DNA of 64,000 nucleotides from Ostrea edulis. Lineage: Eukaryota. The translations under genes and the position numbers were made by a program. Shown here piece by piece: positions 14,032 to 27,700 of this stretch. Location of the stretch: positions 15,810,001-15,874,000 of the forward strand of contig NC_079168.1 of NCBI RefSeq assembly GCF_947568905.1, in the 5' to 3' direction. The notes under the pieces were generated by a model. It saw nothing but the letters and a program-made list of their open reading frames with translations, had not been told where the DNA came from and ran no database searches. Positions within the stretch are counted from its first letter, which is position 1; each line of letters opens with the position of its first letter.

Positions 14032-16641
14032 TCACTGATGTTTACCATGTTCGTGTTTATCGTGTTTATAGACGAGAACTGGCACGTGAGAGTGATGAAC
14101 CAAATAATCACTGACGCTGCCCATCAAGGTCCGTCTCAATGTTCCCAGACCACGTGACCCCGTGACGATCAGGTCTGCTTTCTTCTCATTGGCTTTGTTG
14201 ATGATCCCATGACCCGGACTACCACCTTGTATGCGAACTACTTCTCCAGTCATCTAGAATATCACAAGAATAAGTCAGAATTTTTTTTAATTTTAATTGT
14301 TAAACAAATATTAAACACGACTGTAAGGGTTAAAAATTGAAAGTTGTTACACAACCATGTTTACCACCTGTTGGATGATGGATGTGAAAATTATAAGCAT
14401 AAAGGCTTTTCAATTTGCATATAACAGACATCAAAATACATGTTGCATCATCATGCAAGAATGATGAATGCTCAAAATATAGGGCCTCAGCATTAAGTAA
14501 CTTTAAAATAAACTATTACAACAATATAATACCAAAAACAAGATTGCTAGACGTAGCCATATGTCCCCTGCCACCGCAAAAGAAGTTGAAGCGCAAAATT
14601 CCATAACTCTTGTGAAATTTGTCGAATCAAAATCACGATATAATATTATCACCAACGTATGTTGACTAACAATCCTACAAAATTTGAACAAAATCCGTTG
14701 AGTGGTTTCTGATGAGTTGCGTCCATAAACTGTTCCTATATAGTGTAGCATGTACAAATTCAACAAAGTCCAATAAGTTCTGTAAAATTTGTCAAATCAA
14801 AACGGCGTAATATGATCAACGACATATGGTGACTAACAGTCCTACCAAATTTGAACAAAATTCGTTAATGGTTTCCGAGGAGATGCGTCCACAAAGCCAA
14901 GTGTAAAGGACGGACGGACAAACAGACACCGGTGTTTCTATATCCCCTTCCGTGTTGCGGCGGGGGGGGGGGGGGGGTAATAATGCCATATCACAATATT
15001 GACAACAATTTAAAAGATGTCTTAATTTCGATTGGGTACTCGTATGGAGCTCAGATGTCTTCATTTATCTTTTATCTTGATAAACTTTTTCTTACAATGG
15101 TAGAACAATGCGAAACTGGTGCCAAAAATGTTAATAGAGACTCGTACATCTTTCTGGCTGATGAAATATTTCGTATCTTCACTTACTGATCTAGAGCTCT
15201 GAATATCAAAGAAATTGCAGTGGAGAATGCTTTGATGTTATTGATGAAAAACAACTCACATTATGGGATTCCAATACTTTGTTCAATTGTTCGATAAGAG
15301 CTTGAATTCGTTGTTCTTCCTCCTTTATGGTTCTCTCTACTACTGTGGGGTCTGCCTGTGACAACGAAACCACTGAAAAATATGAATTTATAACACCATA
15401 ACTACATTTTCAATTTTGTAAACTTTACTATGCATTTGCTACTTTTGGTATCAAAATAAAAGTTCTGCAAACATCCATATTTCTTTCCATTGCGGGTTTA
15501 CTTTTTCTCACTGAGGTCAAAGAATACAATCCTTGCGAGACTTTAAGTGTAATAATTTTTTTAAATGCATTCATACTGTCAAATGTACATTACACCACCG
15601 CGTCATAAAACATACAAAGCACAGTGTAAGTCATGAAGAAGCGCTTGTACAGAAACATTTAGATTCAGTACACAATTATGATAATGCATATTCACCATAG
15701 ACAGTTATAGTACTATATATTGACCATCAGGTATAATAATATTGACCAGCAGATAAAGTTATAGACCTGATTATTGCCCAATAAATACGATACTGTATAT
15801 TGCCCAAAAGACACAATAATGTATACATGTGTATTCACCAGAAGGTAGGGGTTCTACTGAATACTGACCAACTAATACAATTACAACACTCTATATTAAC
15901 CAACAGGTACAATTATATCACTGTATATTGACCAACAGGTACAATTATATCACTGTATATTGACCAACAGGTACAATTACATCATTGTATATTGACCAAC
16001 AGGTACAATTATATCACTGTATATTGACCAACAGGTACAATTATATCATTGTATATTGACCAACAGGTACAATTATATCACTGTATATTGACCAACAGGT
16101 ACAATTATATCACTGTATATTGACCCAAAGATACAATACTGTACTGTATATTGACCAACAGGTACAATACTGTACTATATATTGACCAACAGGTACAATG
16201 CTGTACTGTATATTGACCAACAGGTACAATGCTGTACTGTATATTGACCAACAGTTACAATGCTGTACTGTATATTGACCAACAGGTACAATGCTGTACT
16301 GTATATTGACCAACAGGTACAATACTGTACTGTATATTGACCAACAGGTACAATACTGTACTGTATATTGACCAACACGTACAGTTATAGTACTGAATAC
16401 TGTCCAAAATATAGAGCTATTTATCATACGTTCTAACAATAAATTTCTTTTGAAAATCATCACGGGATATACATACTTCCAAAATTAACATTGAGGTATT
16501 CTGCACAATGTGCCAAAATGACGTAGTTTCTAGATCGGTGAATGTTTTCTGCATAATCTGAAAAAAAAATCATATAATTATTAAAGGAACAAGTATAACC
16601 ATAATTTTGACAGTAAAGTGTGTTCATGTTTTATGTCGGTC

Positions 16642-16689
<48 letters not shown>

Positions 16690-19600
16690 AACTCATATAA
16701 CTTCGTTTCGACCTTGAGTTTTGAAATCATACCATTATTGTGTCGTCCCAGATTCTTTCGCGTAGTTTTGTCTTCCGGGGCAGTAGTTCATTCAGGTCCC
16801 TTATTGGTTGACTCGCTTAAATCTAATATAAAGACAAATTTTAACAGAGGCTCAACGACAGCTCTCGCACTATCGCTTTTACAAAATGTTACGGTCTTAT
16901 CTCCACCAAAGAGTTCTCTGTCAAGATCACTGAAACCCTCCAGATATTGTACGACAAGGGTGAGTTACAACGACTGTAGACCAGTACAATTTTATCTACT
17001 GTGTAAATGTTACAGAGAAGACATGCCGGATCGTCTAGTAGTCATTGCCATATCGAACATCCCACGTAGAAAATCTCTGTATAATTGATTTACATATTCG
17101 TCGGCATATAGAGGATTTACTGACACTCCTGAAGGATACGATTGATACCCTCCTTGGTACCATGGATGTTACTTCTCTTTACACTAACATTCCGTGGTTT
17201 GGAATAATTAGGTCATTCAATATCCTTCAACCGAATCACTCATTGACCTTGAACATGTCCTCAAGTTTAATAAATTCATGTTCAACGGTGAATACTACCT
17301 GCAAATCAGTGTCATGGCTATGGGAACTAAAATGGCACCATCTTATAACAACTTCTTTATAGGGAGACTGGAACGTAGCCTCCTATACTATTCATCAGTT
17401 AAACATTTTTGTTGGCTATGTCTCATTGATGACATTAAGATGAAGTGGGTTGACGGTCGTGAAAGTCTCAACGGCTTTATCACAATTGTACTTACCAGCC
17501 CGCCCTCAAGTACCTCAATAGTATTCTGAGAAAATACCTGCCTATTCTGTAGATCAATACACGAATGGCTGATTTTTTCTAAGAACCCTCCTATGGTATC
17601 CTTCAGTCGCCCCAGAAACCTGAAGGACATGGTGCATGTGGTAAGGATTAGATTGCATAATCCTTTACCTAATGGGGGTGTTACAAAACATGTTTATACC
17701 CCAGATGTCAATTATACAAATATAGCCCAGACACTGAGAGTTTACAGTCCTGTCACAGGTCGCAGTTACAAAGCATTGGGAAATTTTTCCTACGAAGCTA
17801 ATAACAGGATTTATCTCATTAGTTGCGATGATGTAAGAAACGGTATGTAGGAGAAACAAGATATCTCGGCCAACAACCACTGGCCCTTAGTCAAAATCAT
17901 GAAAGATTGTCTAGTAACTGCACATTTCAATGAAAGTAATCAAAAATGGAAAGGCATGACAATAGTTGTTATAGTTTAAAGAATGTATTGAGGCACACAC
18001 AACGAAGTAAATAGATATATTAGAAATGTAAGTAATGATTTATTTTATTTCTAATTTGTCAATGATTTCAATTCAGTTAGCTTTGTTAGAAAATAAATGG
18101 TGAATTAAACTGAGGAGGAATAACTCACCAGAGAAAGTTGAAAAGGAAATGTACAGTAATATTTTGAAATTGAAAACTTTCAAATTCGCTTTATTTAATA
18201 AAAATGCGGTTTTGATAGAAAGCAGTTTAAAACATTTTCAAAGCCTCTGCTGAACCATCGTCGGAAACCCACGATTGATTACGCTTCATTCCTCTCTCCA
18301 TCACCCATGGGTCCATTCATTCCTACTCGCTCGTTCTCATGAATAAATAGTTTAAAATATCGTCCAATCAAAGTAATCGTTATAGTAACGAAACTCTTCT
18401 GTTTTAAAGGTAGTATTAACTTAACTTTGCTATCACAACAATGGACTGAAAGCGTCTTGTTGATTGGACAAATTCGCTCAGGGTGTTCCATGAGCGCCCA
18501 ATCAAATTGCCTCATTAATTATTCATGAGAACGAGAGAGTAGGAATGAATGGACCCACGGGTGATGGAGAGAGGAACAAAGCGTAATCAACCCTGGGTTT
18601 CCGACGATACTGCCGGATTCGAACCTGCGATCTACAGTTCGGCAGTCGACAACGCTAACCTACGGTACTGAGCAACCCAGTTAGTCAATCAAATTCCAGA
18701 AAAATATAAAAAGGACAACTCTTTATCGATGAAACAATTGGGAAAGATTAAAGTCCTATTAGGAATTGTAGAAAAAAATACTTCCGTTCGGAATGAAGGG
18801 GAAGCAACACGATTTTAGAAATGTGAGGAACAGAATAGTTATGCATCCTTTCTGCTAGTCCTGAAATCACTTACATATCTGAGTGAGAACATTTTTAAAT
18901 CTACAATTCCTAATAGGGATGTTGCTGCGACTTCCGTAACTCCTTTAGATCTGCCACTTGTTATCAAAACTAATTCTGAAATGGTTACGAGTAGTACAAA
19001 TGTATTTTAACACCAGTTTTGAAAGGAGTACCTGTGGCGGGGATAGGTAGCAGGTAATCACTTCGCGATGGGAACGCGGTTTATCCAAGTTACCACGCCA
19101 AATACCCCGTTGATGCAGAATCCGCGCTAACCATACTGTGTTAAATCAATATCATTGTCCCCTATATATTTTCAACTTTATACAAGTGTAATTCTACTAT
19201 CCCAGTAAGAATTTGAATGTGTTCACACTGTTTTGTCACTGTGAGGATTTATAAAATAGATTCCCGTGTGAGTATATCTATGGTTTTGTGTGCATAAAAT
19301 AACCTTGTGTTTCCGTCATTGCAGTGGATTGTATGATGTTTTGTAGAGGTAATTGAACGTGACAGTAATGAACATCTACAAATGTTGAGGATGTCAGACA
19401 CTGATACTATTTATAACTCCAGGTTGATTTTCACAACACAAAATGCGCATGTAAAACCAGAAGTTGGTTTATTGTTTATCATCTTTTAGTATTGCAGGAA
19501 TTCAAATCTTACGAATTATAAAAAGGTTCAAACCTTCTACTCGGAATACGATCAGAATGGAAAAAAATGTTAATGTGAGTGTATGTTTTCCCCAACGATA

Positions 19601-19762
19601 TGCATGCCATTACCGAGTCACTACTGTGCAAACTAATTTTAAAACGTAAATTTCTAGAAAATATAATGTGAAAATTAATCAAGAATACATGTACTCACAC
19701 TTAAGTGCCATCGCAGAGTTTTCACTACCATCTACAGCTATGAGAATTCTCGATTCCGACAT
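14032..19762 (-). CDS. Universal stress protein A-like (USP copy 3), 4 exons, 159 aa
   Basis: Exons 19762-19699, 16557-16477, 15372-15260, 14253-14032, GT-AG, in frame. [16 protein letters not shown]...; [19 protein letters not shown] motif; His-rich C-terminal tail. Confidence 0.92.
14537..14982 (-). mobile_element. HINE (third family) in USP3 intron 3
   Basis: Ends in aacaag (reverse of cttgtt); about two internal units; ggacggacggac microsatellite; terminal hairpin ccccttccgtgttgcggcgggg..taat. Confidence 0.65.
15890..16385. repeat. Minisatellite with 32-bp then 31-bp units (tatattgaccaacaggtacaat...)
   Basis: About 7 units tatattgaccaacaggtacaattatatcactg, then about 8 units tatattgaccaacaggtacaat(a/g)ctgtactg. 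Degenerate copies extend to about 15710. Confidence 0.95.
16645..16686. repeat. (GT)n microsatellite
   Basis: Direct reading. Confidence 0.97.
16830..17970 (+). mobile_element. Degenerate Penelope-like element, family B (RT plus GIY-YIG remnants)
   Basis: [62 protein letters not shown], and GIY-YIG-type NRIYLISC. Confidence 0.78.
18257..18609. mobile_element. MITE with about 95-bp imperfect TIRs
   Basis: atcgtcggaaaccc..ttcattcctctctccatcacccatgggtccattcattcctactc..ttctcatgaata is mirrored at 18520-18609. TSD unclear. Confidence 0.75.
18610..18682 (-). mobile_element. tRNA-derived head (SINE-like), abutting the MITE
   Basis: Minus strand gttgctcagtaccgtagg..GGTTCGAATCCggcag (B box). Confidence 0.5.
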
Positions 19763-20451
19763 TTTGATTGCCGATGATGTCCTATGAGTGTAACTGTTTT
19801 TGCTATACTAGTTGCCCACTAAATATATGCACCTAGTGATAACGTAGGTGACATTTGTTTTCAGAGTACGATAAAAACGCCCCTTATCTCTCACAAGTTC
19901 AAGGTTAAAATCCACGATTTGAACAGCACATTATGCATAAACACAGGATATCGGTGCGGTGTAGTACGACGCAATTGTCATGTGTAAGAACTTAGAACGC
20001 TTGTTCGAGAAAGGAAGTACTGTCTTAAATTCCTCTTCGTCAGTTTATCAATGAATTTTCAATTCTGTTGTGGCCAATTGCAATTCAATATCATATTTCA
20101 TATGGATGCTAATGGTGACAATAAATTACGCAAAATGAAGAACTCATCGGCTCTATAACTTTTCTCCCAAAGCTTTTAAAATTTCATATACACTTCCAGT
20201 AGATAAATACTGCAGCTGCATGATATTAAAATATAAAAAACTACCACAAATTTTGTTCTGGTTTGAAATGTTCAGGTTCGTGGATAACGCGTTTGATAAA
20301 TGCCAACAAGAATTGGAAATAAACATGAAAAATAATGCATGACTTATCCCTTGTCTGAGCAATTTGAGCGTCCAATGTCATTACATTGATAGTGAGTATT
20401 TTGATAATAACCTACCATTAATTCGAGTACAGGAGTCTGCAGTGTTATTAA

Positions 20452-21122
20452 AGAGACACTACAGCTTATTTTCCACATTTTAAGCAGGCGTATGGATAAA
20501 ATGATAAAAACCATGCATGTTTCGATACTGACAATTTATAACAAAATTTGAATGCATCAATTTGCTCTCATCTGCACTTTGAATATCATCCGAAATTCAA
20601 CGGTCTCTTCATGACAACTCGGACATTTTACATCACGTGATTTACAAGAAACTTATTCAGATACCATTATGGGGTCTACATTCGCTTTTCAAGAATGGGA
20701 GTATTCCTTGCTTTTTATAATTAAGTAATTATAAATCATCATTCTACCGAAAACCCTTCTATGCATGTCCCTATTGACCAAACAATGCACGTGACGTGTT
20801 CAGATAAATTGTATCCGTAGGAGCTGTATCTCGTTCTATTTTAACCCCTTTTTTCGCATAATATGTCCAAATTTTGGGTTTATCCATGCTGTACTGTTTA
20901 CCGTCTGTGCGCATGCGTCTGCAGACAAATAAGGAGGAGTCTCAATGTATTTAAAGGGCCGTCAAAAAGTATTAATTTTTGCGTTTAAATGATTATTTTC
21001 AACTTTAGAAATGTTATTTTCGCAAAGTTTATGCATTCAACTATGCCACAAAATTTGAGAAAGCCCTGGGAAAATTGTCATTTTATGATTTTTGCGCAAA
21101 ATGAGCTGTATATAGTGTCTCT
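20452..21122. mobile_element. Non-autonomous DNA transposon with TTAA TSD (Kolobok-like)
   Basis: ttaa|agagacacta..cagct ... agctgtatatagtgtctct|ttaa. Confidence 0.75.
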
Positions 21123-21123
21123 T

Positions 21124-21241
21124 TAATCAAATTGAAATAAAAATCCGGGAAAAAATTATCCACCGTCTTCTATATAAAACACCAGGATGTTATAGAAGAC
21201 GTTGGATATTTTTTTCCAGATTTATATTTCAATTTGATTAA
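21124..21241. repeat. Imperfect hairpin/palindrome (about 50-bp arms)
   Basis: aatcaaattgaaata..tatccaccgtcttctata pairs with tatagaagacgttggata..tatttcaatttgatt. Confidence 0.85.
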
Positions 21242-21420
21242 TAAAACCTCGAACTCCTGTGATTTGAGAACTAAATATTTAATACTGTAAAGATAAGCAG
21301 TTCGTTACTAATTTACATTTGTTGCAATAATAAAGAATGGGAATCAGTGGCCATCTACAACCGGAATGTAAGGATGTTTTGTGTTCTTTTTCAAAACATA
21401 TCTGTGCTTCCTTTCTCCAT

Positions 21421-21426
<6 letters not shown>

Positions 21427-21471
<45 letters not shown>
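21427..21471. repeat. (AT)n microsatellite
   Basis: Direct reading. Confidence 0.97.
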
Positions 21472-21472
<1 letters not shown>

Positions 21473-23104
21473 GGTTTTTAAAGTATGCTTGGGTGTACGA
21501 TACCTGATTATTCCCCTTATCATAAACATTGGGGAAAGTATCACACTACAAGCCATGCTGAGAATGGAAAGTTGCTATCTAGAAAAACACAGTGCCAGAC
21601 TGGTTGTAAAAAGAATATTCAAACAGACATGGCATCTTTGACATTACAAAACCACGTCCACAAGAAGCAACAATAAATCTTCCTTGTTTAATCTATGACA
21701 GGGATCAAAACCACGCCTTTTGTGCAGCTCCTTGGTTGATAGTGACGCAAACAGACAATCGATTGTGATAGAATACAATGCAAGAGTAGTTTTTCATGAC
21801 TGAACAATGCTATACTGGCATTCTTACAGCCACTGCATCAATTGAATTCATTTTGCATTTCAATGTGATTTCTTTCATAAAACCTATAAAATACTTTTTT
21901 CCAAGATCTTTTTTTTTTTTTTTACCCCAAAACTCTTTCCGAAATAAAAGAATAATGCACCAGTTGAGTTGCTGATGTACAATTCACAGCAACTTTTAAT
22001 ACAGGAGGACGATTTCAAGCTGTAAATTACACTTTCGGTTTATCCAGAATTAAATCCAGTCTTTATCGTAGTAATATTGCCCTTGATCTCTTATTTAGTA
22101 AACCAGAAGTTGAGATCAACTGGGTCCAATGTTTTAAGAATTTCTGTAAAGGTCACACTTATCACTTTCAACTATTTTTTAATATGGATTTCAGAAACAA
22201 TAGTGCTCTTTCTCACTTGGATTTGTTTCGATTGGACGCAAACTGTTTGAAATCTCTCGTTTTAAGACTAGATATTATAGCCTCTGTTTTATAATAATCT
22301 TTGAATGTATAGCTTAGTGACTCTAAAATCAACCGTGACCATTCTCCCAGAATTTATGACCATGTTTCTAGGGGTTTTCTTATAAATCAGGTTTAAGGCA
22401 TTATTTGCAAAATAACGATGTCCATTCAACACAACTTCAAGATCATAACAAAATATACAGTAGGTTATATCAGTTATTTATTTTCAAAATATGATAAAGG
22501 GCGTATCATACATACCAATGCGATCTTATATTTACATATAAATACATACATACATCAATGAGAAATCCGACAGAATGGAATAGGTTAAAAATTATTAAAA
22601 ATATCTCTCACCATTGATACAATACTTATAATGTTTTTCAGTGGACTGATGATACATATAAAATGATTACAATGACCTTGATTGAGAGTACTGTAATGAA
22701 ATGAATATTGGAAGACATTCAATCATCGAGGTAATATCTATCATGGATATATTTGTCTATCTGAACATATAAAGGAAAGTATGTATATATGTACAAATAT
22801 TTTTTTTTTTAAAAACTCTTACGTATACTAGTATTAAGAAAACTAAAATGACACAACAGTGATCCTCAAACACTATGGACACATGTTTAGATTGATATCC
22901 GAATGAATGCTGTGAATGTGTGCTTCTAACTCGCATCTAAATCATCGTATATATACGTTTGCTACATGTCTTTACATTTCCAATGTTTTTGTCTTCGGTA
23001 TATTTACCAACTGTAATGCTATCATCTCATGAATGCGCTGCAAATGTGCGTATGCATCTTGGTAAATATAATACTCTATGTTGATGCCTGGGAATTCAAA
23101 CAGA

Positions 23105-23510
23105 AACAAGAGGTACTGTGAGCAATGCTCACTAAGAATACCCCCCGCTTACCCCAATCTCCCAAAGGGTGTTGGTAATAGGCAAAACTTCAGTATTATG
23201 ATCCAAAAGGTATCTAGGAACACAACATCTCCATGCGATGAAAAAAGCCATTAAAGAATTTAAATGGAAACCATATTGCTACTTCGATGTCCAGTGCGCG
23301 TGACCTTTGCACCCCAAAATCGATAGGGAACATCTTCATCCCATGGTTAGTCCATATACATAATATGGTGACGGTAGGTGGAAAGGATAATGCTTTAGAG
23401 CCCGGAAACCATTGCGTCTATAGACGGACGGACAGACGGACGGACGGACAGACAGACGGACAACCCGATTCCAGTATACCCCCCCCCACAACTTGTTGCG
23501 GGGGGTATAA
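23105..23510 (-). mobile_element. Short copy of the 145-bp-unit HINE family (about one unit)
   Basis: Both termini near-identical to the reverse complement of 10506-11565. Confidence 0.85.
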
Positions 23511-24625
23511 TAAACGTAAATATAAAAATTGAATTCATACATAAGGGGATGAACTGCTTCACGGGTACATACTTTTCATGAAACGTTCACGCTAACACGC
23601 CTTGTGAATTATGCTGGTGTGGAGCGTCACAGTTCATTTTGTCATGTATTTTCTAAAAACGAAATTCACGTCATAATTGAAACGTTTTAGTATTCATGAA
23701 CCTCTACATATCAAACAGGGAAAAGGCGCACGACTTCAAATATCACCTAGCGGATAACAAGGGAGATTACTAGTAAGTGTGTAAAAATGATGTTCACAGT
23801 TGGCTTCATCATTTGTTTTGCAAAAGTAGGGACGAAATATCAGACGTATGGCACTTAAGGAATATATTTGTGAAATTAGAAATGCTAATGATGTGATATA
23901 AACATTATAAATAATGTTAAAGATATCGACAAAATCAAATATGGAACATGACATCGATGAGAGACAGCTTGACTTTCTCCTGATTTATCTGAAAAGAATG
24001 AAAATATATTGTGAATATAATTAGACTAGGATTATCAAAGCAGAATTTTAAGATTTTCACTTATAGAATTATTATTTCCACTTTTTTCCTTTCAAAGATT
24101 TTTAAAAGACTGGAATTTACTTAAGAATCTTTCTTTCCTACACTTTTAAATTTCAGAAATAAAATGTAATTTCTACTAATCTTATTTGATATAAGGTACA
24201 TGTACGCTGAGGCAGATTACGCATTATAAAGCGCGAAAAAGAGTGCAAACTGTCCCAAATTACTTTATATCGTATCAAATAAATAGAATTTACTTTCATT
24301 CCTTAAGATTGAAAAAAAAACCCGATTTGATGTAATTTGATGAATAATCTAAAAAGGAAATATGAATCATATATGATATGAAGCATTATTGCCGTAGCAA
24401 CAAACTGAAAACAGAGGAGTCAACAGTATTGTGACAGCATTCCTATAACATCATATGGTGTGACTTGATTAATGACAAAAAACTTACTTTCTATATCAAA
24501 TGAACCAATCAAATTGCATTTTACGAGTAAAATTAATCTATGAGACTCAAAAAAGAATACAATAGAAGATGTATGCGATAAAGTTGAAAATGACACATGA
24601 AGTTTTTGACTGCATTGCTGCCATA

Positions 24626-24688
24626 CTAGTGTATGACTGAAGAAAAATAAAGAACCAGTCCGACACCAGCGACTGTAGGCGATGAATT

Positions 24689-24763
<75 letters not shown>

Positions 24764-27700
24764 ACTTTCTATACATACGTACATTTCTTCTATGCAGAAA
24801 TATTGCGTGCAATTGCTATTTAGGAAAGAGACAGTGTTGTTTATGAAATTATCATTTACTTAGATGTCCAGTAAAATGTTTACAACACTTAATGCATGAC
24901 AGAGATTGTCACTTACCTTCAGCTACAGGAGATGTACTACTTTTTCTAGATTGTTCCGCTGTTGGTCTCACTGTTAGAGATTGGAACTTACCTTCAGCTA
25001 CAGGAGATGTACTGCTTTCCCTAGATTGCTCCGCTGTTGGTCTCCCTGTTAGAGATTGGAACTTACCTTCAGCTACAGGAGACATACTACTTTTTCTAGA
25101 TTGTTCCGCTGTTGGTCTCCCTGTTAGAGATTGGAACTTACCTTCAGCTACAGGAGACGTACTACTTTTTCTAAATTGTTCCGCTGTTGGTCTCCCTGTT
25201 AGAGATTGGCACTTACCTTCAGCTACAGGAGACGTACTACTATCTCTAGATTGTTCCGCTGTTGGTCTCCCTGTTAGAGATTGGAACTTACCTTCAGCTA
25301 CAGGAGACGTACTACTATCTCTAGATTGCTCCGCTGTTGGTCTTCTTGCTTGTGTTGTGGCTATTGTGGAAGTTACATCTGAGGACCCTGTTGTCGACAC
25401 TGGCTTGCCATAATCTAAAGCGAGATGAAATTATTCCTATATACATACCAGTGTCATTTCAGTCACATTATTCATATTGACAGTTGTCCTTACAAAGACT
25501 ACAAATACATCTACATGCATTTTTAGGATGAATTTTGCTTCATTTGAAAATATGAACTCAAACAATGCTGCATTTGTTTGTCATTTCCATGTTTCTGGTG
25601 TTACAAATTATCATCACTTGACAAACAATCCCTTTTCAGCATGGTAAGTTATAAATGCCATGCTAACATAACCAATCAATCCTGCACAATAATTTCTATC
25701 CCAGAATCGCATCGTTTTGCGGCGTATGAACATATGATAGCAGAGTGATGTTCCGGGACCAGCACGGTGATCCTTTCGTTTTATTCAATCTAATTGTAAG
25801 GTGTGTTTAAGATCCTGCTGTTGACACTGACTTGTCATAGTGCATGATAATGCGGCGGATCTCTATGACAATCGTACAAAGGCTTTCTTATTACACACCA
25901 ATTGCAAGGTTTTCTCAACCCTAAATCAGACTAGTTACGTCGATATATCTAAATCGAGTTGAAGGCCACAGCAAGAGAATTTTTTCTTCTCATGAATGTA
26001 GAAGCTTTTGAATAAATTCTGCCTCGTAAGAGTATAAAAACAGGTCAGCAAACAAAGGAGCACAATTCGTGCCCATAGGAATTCCAACAGACTGTTGGAT
26101 TGATTGATTGATGTTTTCCGCCACACTGAACAATTTTTCAGTTATCTGGTGGCGACCAGTTTTTATTGGTGGAAGAGAGAATCCAGATACAATGTACCTG
26201 GGAAGAGACCACCGACCTTCCGAAAGTAAACTAGGAAACTTTCTCACTTACCAGCGCGAGCGGGATTCAAACCCGCTCCGACAAAGACTACGAAGATTTT
26301 GTCGATGAGGAACTCTAGCATCTTTTTTGTATCAACTTCAGAGTATTTTTGCGTAGAATCAGAGTGGTGTTTAACAAAGTAATTTTTTGAATGACTGATC
26401 ACTAGATATAATAATATATAAATAGGTTGATGCTACAGGGGTTTCAACAGTAAGGTGAAGATAACGAACAGTGATCAATCTCATAACTCCTACAAGCAAT
26501 ACAAAATAGATAGTTGGGCAAACACGGACCCCTGGACATACGAGAGGTGGGATCAGGTGCCTAGGAGGAGTAAGCATCCCCTGTTGACCGGTCATACAGT
26601 CTCGTTTAAAGTCAGTATATGATCATTATAACGATCTAATTTACAAATACAATTCAACATGTCATTCGGACGAATGTTGTCTAACGTGTTTCATACCAAT
26701 TGTTCATCGTACTCCGTTTACCTGATCAAGATAGAGGGCTCATGGCAGGTGTTACCAGTTAACAAGGAATGCTTAATCCTCCTAGGCTCCTGATCCCACC
26801 TCTGGTATTCGTGTTTGTCCTACTCTTAATTTGTATTCTCTATAGGAATTATGAGATTGATTACTGTTCGGTATTTTCGCTTTTTCAAGCAATTAAAAAC
26901 TTTAAACTCTGAGAGCGTTCAATAGTAATACTAAATAGGGACAGCCAGTAACCTAAGAGAAATAGAAGAATAGGACGATCAAATCAACAAGCTGGACTAG
27001 TAATGACTATAGCCGGAATTATCTGGGACAGATGATTTTCTAGATCTGATTGAATCAGATTTACTAACGGTTGTCACAAGATAGCTTAAGTATCGCGTCT
27101 GCACAACAGTGTGAAAAGTGAGAAATATTGGCATCATCTCCAAACTGCCATGATTAATTTCTGTCTGTCCATTTGTTTTTTCTGTATATACGAGCAGTTG
27201 TAAAGAATCACTTTCTTAGTCAAAATCTACATTTTTCTGATTCAATCGTCGTTTCATCTTATTCATTATTGGTATGAAAATCGGTTTATGGATTTTACCA
27301 AGATGGGAAGGAGGTAAATCTCTTTTACCTCCCAACCCCTAACCCTATTTGCTCGACTTTTATTTCATTCCACCAGATATGTACAAAGTAAAACTTGTGC
27401 CCTTTTCAAGGGTAAAAATGTTTAATTCTTTTACCACAAGGAATTCATAAATATCTCGTAGGCTGGAGCATCGTTTCAAACTCTTTCTATTCTGACCATG
27501 CGACGATAAATTTGATATTCCTTGAAAATGAAAGAAACATTTTGTGTCTCGATACTGTGTATAGATTGTCAGAATAAAATGAGATGATACCAAGCCTGAA
27601 AATAGCCATATATTGAACACGAATCATTCCAGGGTCACTGGCATCGCTCTGAAACGGCGTTTCTCTGAGTTTGACGACTGATGATATACATCACAGTATC

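Noticed and set aside
15890-16385. CRISPR-like regular 31-32 bp repeats
   Set aside because: Head-to-tail units with no unique spacers, eukaryotic intron context and no cas genes.
16618-17088. 156-aa plus-strand ORF starting in the (GT)n tract
   Set aside because: Runs through a microsatellite and an off-frame PLE remnant.
21500-22330. Stretches of protein-like translation on both strands (e.g. TLDPVDLNFWFTK, HCILSQSIVCLRHY)
   Set aside because: Multiple stops and frameshifts with no family I can recognise; possibly an old TE remnant. Needs tBLASTx or HHpred.
25271-25291. 21-nt GT..AG segment as a true micro-intron
   Set aside because: Below the usual minimum for metazoan spliceosomes; kept only as separate donor and acceptor sites in the finding above.
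24892-25413. 173-aa plus-strand ORF (DCSAVGLPVRDWNLPSATG repeats)
   Set aside because: Antisense shadow of the minus-strand repeat exon, whose splice sites and phase fit the Ig-Fz gene.
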